A stretch of DNA of 63,218 bases, the filler included, from Octopus bimaculoides (taxonomy: Eukaryota), in NCBI RefSeq assembly GCF_001194135.2. It is 7 parts of 7 records of this genome, joined end to end, with 100 filler letters (N's around TTAATTAATTAA, not from the genome) between each part and the next. Parts side by side here need not be neighbours in the genome. Positions count along the whole stretch, not along the records: positions 50,905 to 61,832 come from NC_068981.1; positions 61,933 to 63,218 come from NC_069006.1; 5 more parts are not named here. One strand, written 5' to 3'. How positions within the stretch are numbered: the first letter of the stretch is position 1; the number at the start of each line of letters is the position of its first letter. Positions 51,351 through 63,218 of this stretch are shown here, piece after piece. The notes beneath the pieces were generated by a model. It was not told where the DNA came from and searched no databases. It worked only from the letters and a program-made list of their open reading frames with translations. The translations under genes and the position numbers were made by a program.

Positions 51351-51560
51351 ATACATAAAGTTGTATCTCGCTAAAGATCCCCACTTTTGGCTTATATGCT
51401 GTAATATGCCCGTCTGGTTAGGGAATTAAACATTACTACACTTTTCAATTACTATTATCATCCTTCAATGAGAGTTGCAAACACATGTAATTATAGACAC
51501 ATAATTACTTTTGCAACAATTATCTGTCGATATTTACAAGTGTTTGCAATTCTTATGTTT

Positions 51561-51640
51561 GGACGTAGCTGATGAGATCCCGACAGCAAAATTGATGCAA
51601 CACATGTTGAAGGAAGGACGGGCCGAAACGTCAGTTGTAC
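51561..51640 (+). ncRNA. Hammerhead with intact core but imperfect stems (right arm of foldback)
   Basis: GTAG-CTGATGA(51569-51575)...GGCC-GAAAC(51625-51629)-GTCA-GTT-GTAC-AAAATAAAG. Confidence 0.6.
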
Positions 51641-51686
51641 AAAATAAAGATTAAGACGAAATCCATCTTCTCGTAATTTAAGAAAC

Positions 51687-51687
<1 letters not shown>

Positions 51688-51751
<64 letters not shown>
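51688..51751. repeat. (ATT)n microsatellite
   Basis: Direct reading. Confidence 0.95.
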
Positions 51752-51752
<1 letters not shown>

Positions 51753-52095
51753 CTCAACTAACACTACAGAGTTCCTGAAGTAGATCCAAATAGACCGCGG
51801 ATGACACCAGGTAGCCCAAACTGTGCCGGTGGTGTACTCAACACTTCAACACACTCATCGACATACCGCAATAGTCCGAAATATTATATATATATATATA
51901 AACAATCACACGCGCACACACATGTGCCTCGTATATATTTGAACTAGTAACAAGTTTGTATTTATACACACCAGTCCTTAGCAAGTCCGGCTCGTATTTT
52001 ATTGACATCGAGCCCCTGAAAAGCACAAACAGTCATTGAATGATGACAGGAATAGTAAAAACGGTAACTCTCTCGTATATTGGTTTATAACGCTT

Positions 52096-52142
52096 CTGTT
52101 GGTGAAGAAGAGACAACGACTCCGAAATGATGTATCCAACAG
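52096..52142 (+). ncRNA. Degenerate hammerhead-like motif
   Basis: CTGTTGG-TGAAGA-AGAG[ACAACGA]CTCC-GAAAT-GAT-GTA-TCCAACAG: 7-bp stem I, C3 missing. Confidence 0.4.
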
Positions 52143-52754
52143 TATGGGCAAGGAACTCTGTGAACTGCCTCGCTGTATTTCCCCCTTTTGTTTATAGTGA
52201 GACAATATACTTTTCCCTTTGGAAAAATAGGATCGTTCAGCTAAACTACCATCGGTGGGTTTTATATAATCTTGGTTAAATTAAAATTTTCTAGGCTATT
52301 CTGAATTCCACTAGATAATAATTAGCCTGTATGGTAAGTTGGGGTTGCAAAATTGTATGAGTAATTTTTATCGATTAAATTTACAGAAGTGCTAAATATT
52401 AAAATTTATTCATGCATGTAAATCTTTGTGATTAGATGTTTATGTCTGGGTGTGTCAGATTTAGGTCAAATGGATTCATAAATATTCTCCATACCATGTT
52501 GCCATCACAAATTACTGTACATCCGAACATTCAACAGAACTCAGATCACCCTAGAAAATTTAAACTTAACTATATAAAGCCAAGATGAACATACATGCAT
52601 TTCAGTGTAATGATGGCTTACTTGGCCGAAACTTAGAGGTCAGTGTCAATGCTTTTCTTGTTAAAGAATAATAAATTCCTTCTCTACCAACTGTATTGAG
52701 TAATCCTGCAAGTGAATGTAAAATTGTTTTTATTATAAGAAAAAGAAATGTGTG

Positions 52755-52789
<35 letters not shown>

Positions 52790-54049
52790 GTATATATAAT
52801 ACATATATGTATATGTGTGTTTGTGTGTGTGTGTCTCTCTCAAGGTTACACTAAATGAAATTATTCAATGAAATGTAAGGTCCATATATGAGTTATACCG
52901 CTCTATATTATTCTAGATACTGTTTCATTTCATAGACGTATCATATTTATCTTTATTATATTCCTGTAGAATGAATCATTATTCATATGTACACAATCAC
53001 ATAACTAGAACCGTCAGCGACAATATGTCTGCTTACACAGTGTCACAGAGAAACGTATAAGCCTGTGATTTCCTGATGAAATCAGTGTTGAAGATCTAAT
53101 TATCCCCTTTGACATAATACATTTCTGTAATAGGCTGAGCAGAAATCACACAAATATTAAGGCAACAGAAATAAACTGCGGGTTCTAAGAAGATAATTCT
53201 CCGTAAGGGGATATTGATAACGAAGGGAGTTATCAGAGGCAAACGTTAATTAAATTTCTATAATTATTCGCAATAATTATTGCTGTTATTAATAACCTTC
53301 TAGTGCTGAATATATGATGTTCATAGCGTCTCCCAAGTTACTAACATAAATAATTTATACAAGAGAGTGACCCAAGAGAGACAGATATGATATGCTTAGT
53401 TTATACGCTGGCACATAGTTACAAGTGTATTACACACGCAGCCACACACTCACGCAAACACACCCTGCTACGGGCAATGCCTATCTTTTTATCTACACAC
53501 TGAGACATACACACACAAGCACACACATGTTATGTGTATATTACGTACATTGAATCGATAGATAAATAGATTCATAGACACTGTAGAGGGGCAAGAGAAC
53601 TCACATAGATATAACAATACTTTCAAGCTTGGCGATTCTGTGAAATATTACTGTAACCAAGCTTTGCGCGAGACTATGTGAAAATAGGTTAATTACTTCA
53701 ATATATATTAGCTATCAGGCATTTATAACATCACTGGAATTATTAATTGCATCCTATCACGTTAATCGAAGAGATCTTACCATTAATTGTGACGCACCTT
53801 TCTTCCATTTTTTAATCAACAAACCAACTTATATTGTCATTGTATTAAAAATGATAGCATTACTTCTTAATTGTATAATGTTTGATTTAGGGACAGTTTA
53901 GTTCGGCAATTTCTCCTTGACTGTACAATGCTGTGGATAAAATCGGTTCCGTGTGACAGAAAATGATAGAAGAATCTCCCAGTGTAATCAAGTACTTTAG
54001 AATATCTTCCGGAGACCGGAGGTTTACAAAGCTTGTCTTGGAAACAAGT

Positions 54050-55840
54050 TACCCATTTTGTGTAGTCAGTACCCTAGTTCAGAAAGATTGCTAGAGACAG
54101 TAAGTATGCCATAAATTATAGTGGATGGTCAAACTGGACTCTGACTTTATATTGACCTATAAAGTATTTTTGCAGGCCATACGCCGAGTTCATAGCAAGA
54201 AGTCTGTCGTTAAGGACTTGGTTAGGGCTTCTTCTTTCTACAGAGAAGAGTATTCTTGGGAAGTGGAGAAAATATTTAGGATGATATCCGAAATCCGGAT
54301 ACGATAAATTATTCTTGTGACCACAAGGCGCATCAAGGGATGAAGTCTAACCTCAAAGACGCGAGAATCATAGAGGTGATTAAGGCGTGCAAATGGGGCA
54401 AGGCCGCTCGATCAAGCGGATAAAATTCTACCTTAAATCTTAAGAACTTGAAATAGAGAAGGTATTCTCTTACCGACTCCTGTATACCAGGTAGTTTAGA
54501 CTTCTGGAAAGACACCAAAGTAATGGCAATCCAATACAATAATTCCAACTTTTGAAAAGGGAAAGAATAGAGAGAGCTGTAATTATAGAGAAATCCCCTT
54601 GTTGAGTATCGCCAGTAAAGTCAACGCTAGATCTCTGGTGAAGAGTTGCAGTTAAACTGTCAAGCGCACGCAAGCTGATGGGGTATCTCTTCCGTCCTGG
54701 ACGCAACACAAACGACCAGATATTCATTGAAAGGCAGGTCTTCAAGAACTCATGGGAAATATATAGTGTACACTTCCTTCATAAACCTCGAAAAGGCATG
54801 TGACAGCATGACACGGGACAGACATTGGAGGGTTTGTACAGGAGTTTGGGATATATGGCCGACTTCTGGTTGTCGTGGAATCCCTATTCGAATACCATGA
54901 TGTTTGTGTTCAAGACTTTGATGCTAGGTCGAAACCTTTCAACATAGGTGTCGCACTTTGGCATGGCTGCGTTTTGTCAGTTCTTTATCAATATTTTTTA
55001 TGAAATAGATTGACATGAACAGCCGTGATGGAAGTGATGTTACAAAAGGTGAGTGTAGGATAGGTCGGCTAATATTTGCAGACGACACAGTGCTCCTTGG
55101 CTCATCTTCAACGTGCATTGCTTGGCTTGCCTGCAGCCTGTTGCAAAGTAGGGTTAAATATAAGACTGAGACATTGGTTCTCTAAAAAAAAGTCTTCACC
55201 GTGCACTCTGCATGTTAGTGTAAACAAGATGGAGACATGTTAGTCACTGAAAGAAGGTGAGAGGTTTAAATACCTCGAGTCATATTCACCAGTGATGGGA
55301 GGCAGGCGGCTGAAATCGCTGAAATTAATTGTGGGTGCGGACACAATAATAGTGTGCCAGGTTCAGCATTCGATCCTAAATAAAGGAGATGTTGGTGAAG
55401 ATGCGGATTTTGTGCCTATCCCAAATTATTATGTTCATGAATGTTAGGTAATGACCGAAAAAGTACAAGCATGAATACAACCGGCCGAAATGAGGTTTCT
55501 CTGAATGACCCAATAGGGTTATAGCTCGGAGAACATGGAATCCCCTCCCCCAGGTCGAGCTGCTGCTGCACCGCTTTCAATAGTTACAGTTCCCTTTCAA
55601 CGCACGGCTGATTAGAAAGATGAATTAAACAATCGGAAGACGTATACTTGAAAGCAAGCCAACTAACTGGAGATTAGCAGGAGTCTACGTAGAATGATAT
55701 CGGTCGATAAACTCAGTTGGTCAGGCTAAGAATTCTTGCTGGAAAGTCTAATGGTAGTTGCCTCTGATAGGAGGGGCTGCCTGAGGATGCTATCCCCAAG
55801 AACTTCATATAAATAACGGGGGAGAAGATAAATGAATGGA
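54050..55840 (+). mobile_element. RTE-clade LINE, 3' ~1.8 kb, degenerate
   Basis: IIPTFEKGK...CNYREIPLLSI, FRPGRNTNDQIF, FINLEKACDS, HGCVLS, LIFADDTVLL and FKYL motifs in order. Confidence 0.88.
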
Positions 55841-56471
55841 AGAAAATACTTCGTTTGTTGAACAACGGGAAGGAATGTGTGTTGAATTTCATAACGATTG
55901 ATACATACAGTTTAACTTATACCAAGACTGAGCGTAATAATTTTAGACAAGTTAAGCTCTTGAATGTGTCATATACAATAGCATGATTTTTACATAATAT
56001 AATATATAATATAATAGCATGATTTTTAATAAATAGCAAGATAAATTGCAAGGTATACATATATTTATAGTATTACTGAATTTTAGATCGATAAGGAAAT
56101 CGATTTCGGACGATGGTAATTTTTGAACATTTCGATTTGTATCGAATTCTTAAATCTATCATATTTTCAATAATTTACACACTAGCACACTACAATAAAA
56201 CGGTTTTGTGCAATAAAACGGCTTTGTTTTGTATATATATATACATATATTATATGTTTATGAATTTGTGTTGCAAGATACCTGATGTGAAACCGTATTT
56301 TGAAAAAAGATATTGTATTTCAGGCTGGTCATTTTTTATCCAAATACGCACTCGCACTATATATTCGTTCTTCATCCGTATTAAACGGGTGGAGAACGAA
56401 CATATAGAGAGTATCGAGAGAGAGAGAGAGAAAGAGAGAGAGAGATAGATAGATAGATAGANNNNNNNNNN

Positions 56472-56517
<46 letters not shown>

Positions 56518-56618
56518 TGAGAAAGAGAGAGAGACGGATAGTGTTGTAAACAGATGTAGACTGATAAATTGACTGACTTATTGATTGATAAATAGACGGA
56601 TAGGTAGATAGATAAACG

Positions 56619-56673
<55 letters not shown>

Positions 56674-56761
56674 TGTGTGTATGGATGTATGTATGTATGT
56701 ATAAATTAACAGAATGAGAGAAAAAAATCCAAGGCTGTAAGAGAAGAATATTTATAAAGAT

Positions 56762-56809
56762 GTCTTACAGCTGTTTCCAGGATATCTTATATATCGCATC
56801 ATCAGAGAC
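56762..56809 (-). ncRNA. Minimal type-I hammerhead with intact core, in a ~220-bp element between microsatellites
   Basis: Minus strand GTCT-CTGATGA-TGC-GATAT[ATAAG]ATATC-CTG-GAAAC-AGCT-GTA-AGAC; palindrome ACAGCTGT; base of stem II imperfect. Confidence 0.75.
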
Positions 56810-56920
56810 GGTGCGAGAAAATGTTCGATAGTTATTATAGAGGAGATATGATATACAGTGTGAAGTAAAGGAATGAAAACTGATGTGAGATATGTAAGGA
56901 TATTGTATCTGTAGTTCCAT

Positions 56921-56970
<50 letters not shown>

Positions 56971-57329
56971 TTATTTGATTTAACACCGCGACTCCATTTC
57001 CAAGTAAGTTTATCTTATATATATATTAAAATCCAGAAATTTGAGAAGTAGCGTTAATATAACATCTGTCAATGTGTTCAATTGTGGGGATAAGATCTGG
57101 TGACTGTGGACTGTACATCTTTATCTAACACAAATAATACAAATTGAACGAATAAATATAAGATTTAGATACAATTTAGATTGATCTTAGATTTATGTCG
57201 GCAAAAATTAAGTCAGACCATGCCAAGCTTTATAGCACTGCTTAATAATATTTGTTAACTCATTTTTAAGTCGAGTTTTCATCTATCAAGGCACATACAA
57301 GTAGTGAGTGTTTATTGACTGAGATATAT

Positions 57330-58800
57330 ACAGATAGAGGTGGTTTATATAGAATCCCTTGTAGAAATGTTTTCATGTTTCATTTGGGGGTGATGGGATC
57401 TTTTTCTTTGATTTGTTTTGGGATACTGTTAAATAGAGCAGGGCGTTTTGATGAATAGGAATTGTGTTGCAGTGAATTTAAATGTTTTTATTCTGATTTG
57501 TGTAGAGGTGTATGAATTTGAGATTAAAGTCGTCTCGGCAATACTGATGTATTATTCTCCATACTGTGCAAATGATGTAGCATGATGGCGGCGTTAGAGA
57601 CAATTAATTTTTAATGTATTAATTGTCAAGATCAATCATGTCTTTCATTTTCATTATTCTGTTGATTGCGCTCAGGATAATGTGATTCTCGTAATGTTTT
57701 GCGTGATGTTGGGCAACTACAGGTAGGAGCAGTATTCTTACTGTAGCTGTACTAAGTAGAAAAGGGCAGTGGGGACATCAGTTAAAACAAATATTTCTTC
57801 CTTTAACCCTTCGTTTCTTTCTCCATTCAAAATTGTTGAAGCATTCATGTAGTCGTCTGAAAATATTCTTAGTTTGCTGTACTTGATGACACTTGAGTGT
57901 GGTTTGCATAAACTTCAAGAGAAGCGCACATAAGGCAGTCCCCTGGGGTACACCATAGTTGAATTTTGTTGAACTTGTGTGCATTCCACTGATCGCAGCA
58001 TATTTTCTGTTCACCAGGAAATACTTCATTGAGTGTAGCACTGATTCCAATACTGGACAATATAGGCAGGAGTATTCTGTAGTCGTCTCTGACGAAGGCT
58101 TTGCTGAAGTGAAGACATATACATAACTTCAGATTTCGAACGTGCTCTCAAAGCTTTAAGGACATCACCGATATTATGTAAAAGCTGCGTTAGGAAGTCT
58201 CTGCCGCATCGGCCATATTGGTTGGAACGTAGAAAATTATGACTTTTCAGGAAGCCACATTTTCGGCTACTTTGATGATGTGGGAGCTGAATAAAAATAG
58301 GTAATTTTAGGAAACCTGTTTCTCATTAGGAAAACTGGGATAACAAAGTGGAATAAGAAGTTTTTGTAGAAAACCCGAGTCTAAAGAATTTTACCAAAGA
58401 TTAGTTTCAGAGAGAATGCAGGCAGCTGGACTCTGTATTACTTCAGGGCAGTAATCTAAGAGCGCCTACTGCAGAATAATGCTTGGTTTCATTCATTACA
58501 GCAATGATGTCTAAGGTGGTGTATCTATATCACAGATAATATGTTGGGTATTGAGTTCCCTCATATCCCTTGCGTCAATATCAATGGGATCTCTAAAGAC
58601 TGAGCAATATCATTTCTGCTGCGCTTCTACCATCTTTTTAGTGAACATGGGTGAGAACGATGTTATCATCTACCAGTTGACCAATGGGGGATCCAGCGAT
58701 CCTATGCTTGTTGTCATTTGAACAGAAACCTGTTGGGATGTATTTGAACTTTTTGATTACCCAACCATCCTCTGCAGATTACACAACCTTCCTGTGGTTG
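57330..58800 (-). mobile_element. CR1-type LINE fragment, diverged, with internal deletion
   Basis: Minus strand LTQLLHNIGDVLKAL, FSKAFVRDDYRILL, YGVPQGTAL and VYANHT, then a 3' region alignable to 45.6-46.0 kb. Confidence 0.75.
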
Positions 58801-60059
58801 TTGATGCTATTTTGCAGATAATTTGAAAGAAAGTGTCATTCCATGGATATGTAATAATCGTAACCGTTTATTAAGCGCTGATAATTGAAACAACAATAAT
58901 TAAATATTTTAATTATATAACTGAATATATCATCAATAACAGTTCAAATCACGGTCTAGTGGATCTTATCCATATCTACTTCAATGTGTGCTATACTCTT
59001 TTGCAGGAAGTAAATTCATATTATTTAATGGGAAAATTCGTCACATTTGTAAGCAAAAACGTTACATAACCTGATACGAATTCACGGAATTTTTTTTTAA
59101 ATGCTCGTTATTTCAAGTTGTAGGAATCATATGACATACACAGTGATAAAATCTAACCCATTCTCATTCAATTCTCACTCATATGTTTTTTAACGATGTT
59201 GCTGTTGCAAGTTCTAAAAGAAAGCAGGAACTATGAACATTTACGTCACTGAGCTTCTTACGACTCCCTTTTTCTTTGACAAGTTTTTTTTATATTTAAT
59301 TGACTAATCTTTTCAAACTTGCGCAAAGAAAACTTATAGGTTCCTAAACAACATTACACGCATGAAAGGTTAACGACCACATATAATTAAATTTTCCATA
59401 AAAATCCTCATAAATGTAACAGTATTTGAGAAATATAGCGGACACTTAGTGTAACTTCACAGAGATTAAATATATCAAACAGCATTGGGATTGCAATTAT
59501 TACCGCGTTGCTGCGCGTCTAACGCCATTAGGAGAATATTCAGTACCAAATATTTATCTTTGTAATAGACAACGTGTAGTTCAAGTAAGTACAATGAAAG
59601 GCGCTATAGCAATATCACGTTTCCGTTAATATTAGTAAATTCAGAAACAGTATATTCTACGGCCAGTAGCATTTTAAAATAAGTCGATTGCGCATTTAGA
59701 TTCGACCTGTCCTGTTCTGAATTTCAAGGATTTTGCTATCAAATAATTAACGATCAATTAAATTAAATTAAATTAAATTAAAATATTTTTAATTGTTTAT
59801 TTGTTAATAAGATGAAGTTCCTATGAATAGTTTCAAAATACATAGACCATTTAGCTTTACCCGGTCGTTTATACGTCGGTTTTCAAAATTAACAAATGGA
59901 AACTTAAAAATCAACTTAAGTCATTTTACTCGAATTTACGTCTGTCCGCCAGAAATATTGGAACCGTAAAATTACTACAAAGCCATTAAAAGCACATAAA
60001 ATCATGTTGCTGTACAATAAATAAGAATAGAAACATATAAAATCATTTCAAAATGCGTA

Positions 60060-60800
60060 CAGTAAATGTCAGGATACACACCATAACGTATTGTAGCTTA
60101 GTGAACGAAATCATGATATCAGCTCTGTTGTCTTATTTATCGGTCTTTCGGGGCTCATATTGCACGGTGGATCCAACATCTACCGTTAGGCGTCGTTGTC
60201 ACTTGTGATTCCCGTGATTGCTTTGAAATTAGATTTGGTTACGTTTGTTTATCGGCTATGTTCTCATTTTCATTCATTTGTGACTTTATTTGTTTCTCCC
60301 ATGGCTCCTAAGAAAATTCATAGTGCAAGTGCCAAACATCATGCTATAATTAAGGAAGATAAACTAACTATGATAAAGCGCTATTAATATTTGTTAGTCA
60401 GTGAAATAAAGCAGTGGGCAGACAGAATTGTTAACCCGTCGAACGAAATGCTTAGTGATATTTCTTCTTGCTCTTTATATTCTGAGTTCAAATCCTGACG
60501 CGGTGAACGTTGCCTTTCATCACTTCGGAGTGGATAAAATATATTACCATTGAACAAGTTAATTCAGCGTAATAAACCTGCCCACTCTTCTGGAAATTGC
60601 TGATCTTGAAAGATGCGATGCGCCAGCTTCTTGTCCATAGCAATATACTTTCAGTCACTTATGCTAAATGGAAATTAGGAAACCGGTCTTGTGAGTCCAA
60701 AAGTTCGAGTAAAAAAAAAAAAATCAGTGGAATGTTGTATATCACAGAATTACCACTTCTTCTCACAAGATATTTTGACTACCAACATTTATGAAGGATA
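60060..60800 (+). mobile_element. Possible pogo/Tigger-like transposon 5' remnant interrupted by a SINE
   Basis: TA|CAGTA at 60058; ORF MAPKKIHSASAKHHAIIKEDKLTMIKRY* (60301-60387) resembles the CENP-B/psq HTH start of Tigger transposases. Confidence 0.35.
60412..60600 (+). mobile_element. SINE family B, diverged
   Basis: GAAATGCTTAG...TTCTGAGTTCAAATCC...TTGCCTTTCATC. Confidence 0.75.
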
Positions 60801-61726
60801 TGTGGAAGTGTTTAGTATTTTATACACTTATTTATTTTATTTTATATTTTATGAAAGTAGAAATTAAGTGCTGGTGGTTTTGTCACTATAAATATGACCG
60901 TTTCAATGGCCACTCTTTCATAATCATTGTTTGTAGAGGTAACGAAGTGGTATATCGATGATAAATGAGTACAGAATAATATGTAAGTGGAAATGGTTGT
61001 ATTATCTTTGTAGGAATGTATTCTATTCAGGCGGGTACTAAAATATATAAGATTTTATGCCAATTGTGAAAATATTGATAATTTAGTTCAACTTCAGAAG
61101 TGAGATTGTTCAAAATACAGCAACATTTATCAATTATTATCAATATTGAACGTTTATATAAATTTTATTATCGATCTCTTACACAAGATAATAATATTAT
61201 CGAAAATCGACCAAAGTGCATCATCACATTTTAATTGATTAATCCTGAACTGTGGCAGAGCAATTATTTTAACTTATTAGGTAGAAAGATTAAACTAAAT
61301 TCACCAATATTATATAATGTGGAAAATTTGCTTAATTTCCTTATTACATAAAGTGAACGGTGTTACATATTATTCGTTGTATGAATACATATCTAATTTT
61401 GTTATCTCAAATGAGGGCATAGTGCTTCCCTGTTGGCTGAATGAATCTTAATGAGTGTTTAATTAATATCATTCCCAAGGAAATATCGAAGAAATTGGCT
61501 TGTGTGGAAACGACACCATAAATACGCAGGTATACATGCACGAACTCACAGGCACACACAGGCACAGACACATACACATATATTCATACATTAATACATG
61601 TATATATATATGTGTGTATATATGTATATGCATATATATATATATATTATTATGATTATTATGATTGACCGTTGACTGAACACTATTCAATTTTTTTTCT
61701 CCGTGTTTTTCTCCTTGTCTCCGTAT

Positions 61727-61763
61727 TCTTTCTGTTGAAGAGCGTAGCTCGAAACGTCAAAGA
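61727..61763 (+). ncRNA. Minimal hammerhead fold with U at core position 6
   Basis: TCTTT-CTGTTGA-A-GAGC[GTA]GCTC-GAAAC-GTC-AAAGA: 5-bp stem I, 4-bp stem II, ACGT palindrome, GUC triplet. Confidence 0.7.
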
Positions 61764-61959
61764 CTTTCCGTATTCCCGAGCGTCATACTAATATATACTT
61801 TTGTTATTTACACCACCTGTCCTCGTCTGTTGNNNNNNNNNNNNNNNNNNNNNNNNNNNNNNNNNNNNNNNNNNNNTTAATTAATTAANNNNNNNNNNNN
61901 NNNNNNNNNNNNNNNNNNNNNNNNNNNNNNNNATATATATATATATATATATATATACA

Positions 61960-62129
61960 AATATGACGGGCTTCTTTCAGTTTCCGTCTACCAAATCCAC
62001 TCACAAGGCTTTGGTCGGCTGGAGGCTATAGTAGAAGACACTTGCTCAAGGTGCCACGCAGTAGGACTGAACCCAGAACCATGTGGTTGGTAAGCAAGCT
62101 ACTTACCACACAGTCACACCTGCGCCTAT
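61960..62129 (-). mobile_element. SINE family A 5' half
   Basis: GACGGGCTTCTTTCAGTTTCCGTCTACC...CACACCTGCGCCT. Confidence 0.9.
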
Positions 62130-62310
62130 ATTTTATTTTTCATTTTTATTTTTTGATTCATTGTAAGTCACCTTATTGCTTTAAATGAGATGAATTCTAC
62201 ATTGTTAACCATTTCCTTACGTAGACAAGTAACTCACTAAAACTATCAAAATATCTTCTAATAGAAATATGCAAAACAGATATTAGAAAAACCAGGTACT
62301 TTTTGACAAA

Positions 62311-62374
62311 TCACCTGATGAGACAATTCTGCAGTGAGACACCAGTTCACAATATGTTGAAACAATTGTAGTGA
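62311..62374 (+). ncRNA. Type-I hammerhead, near-canonical
   Basis: TCAC-CTGATGA-GACA...TGTT-GAAAC-AATT-GTA-GTGA; palindrome ACAATTGT; AATAAA at 62377-62382; only G10.1-U11.1 deviates. Confidence 0.8.
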
Positions 62375-63160
62375 ATAATAAAAAAAATCTTGTGACTTCC
62401 AGTTTCTTTCTCTCATATATTTTATAAACTTGACAGACACAAAGGAATTCCTGAAGTAAATCCAGTGGCACACACCCACATACTGTCGTTGACATCAGAT
62501 AACCAAATACAGTGAACAGGCTTTAAACGGCACACTACAAGGTGTCTACCCAAATATTAATTCTTAATTATATATATAGATAGGTAGATATACATATATA
62601 CATACATACGTATATATATATATATATNNNNNNNNNNNNNNNNNNNNNNNNNNNNNNNNNNNNNNNNNNNNNNNNNNNNNNNNNNNNNNNNNNNNNNNNN
62701 NNNNNNNNNNNNNNNNNNNNNNNNNNNATATATATAAACACATACACATACATACATGCACATATATACAAACACATCCAGACACACACATACATATATA
62801 TATAAACACATACACATATATACGCACACACATATACACACACACACACACACATACAAGATATACATGCAGTCACATACACACACGCACACACACACGT
62901 ATACACGTTATATATACTCATTCGATAAAAATAAACAGAAGTATATTTTGGCGGTCAATACATTAGTCATATACACAATTGATTAATTACACCCCACCTT
63001 CTTTCCTTCCTTCCTCACTTCCTCCCCTCCTCCTTCCCCCCCCCCGTTACGCATTTGTGGAGCTGCACCACTGTAAGAAATCATCGTCATCATCATCATC
63101 ATTGTCGTCGTCGTTGTTGTTGTTGTAGCTATTTCTTTTTCTTTTTTAAAGTGAAAACGT

Positions 63161-63218
63161 AGGCACGGACATGGCTGTGTGGCAAGAAGTTTGCTTTACC
63201 AACCACATGGTTCCGGGT
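63161..63218 (+). mobile_element. SINE family A head, cut by window end
   Basis: AGGCACGGACATGGCTGTGTGG...AACCACATGGTTCCGGGT. Confidence 0.85.

Noticed and set aside
52600-52650. ATGATGGC...GCC-GAAAC...GTC
   Set aside because: C3 and A9 missing, stem I does not pair, stem III not palindromic.
53045-53085. GAAAC-GTA...CTGATGA in type-II order
   Set aside because: Stems I and II cannot form.
60655-60700. CTAA/TTAG stem plus GAAAC-CG-GTC
   Set aside because: Core CTTATG has two defects and there is no stem I; probably chance.

Overview
AT-rich, gap-ridden draft eukaryotic scaffold. The tRNA-derived SINE families, dense microsatellites and 100-bp N44-TTAATTAATTAA-N44 spacers suggest an octopus assembly (inference, no search run). 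I recognise no host protein-coding exon: every ORF I can assign is transposon debris. That debris includes DD37D maT and rosa-like Tc1/mariner deletion derivatives, a Chapaev3-like transposase, CR1 and RTE LINE fragments, two Penelope-like (PLE) fragments, a solo LTR, a piggyBac remnant and many SINEs. The main unexplained signal is a set of 11 minimal type-I hammerhead ribozyme (HHR) motifs of several unrelated sequence types. Most have a palindromic stem III and lie in short repeats beside microsatellites. They include a structurally complete G3-C8 core-swapped variant, an A6U variant, an inverted pair forming a foldback, and one preceded by a tRNA-like Pol III promoter at the end of a PLE. 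A CpG-decayed domain (about 35-50.8 kb) starting just after a promoter-like island suggests a methylated gene body whose exons I could not identify. All alignments and folds were done by eye.
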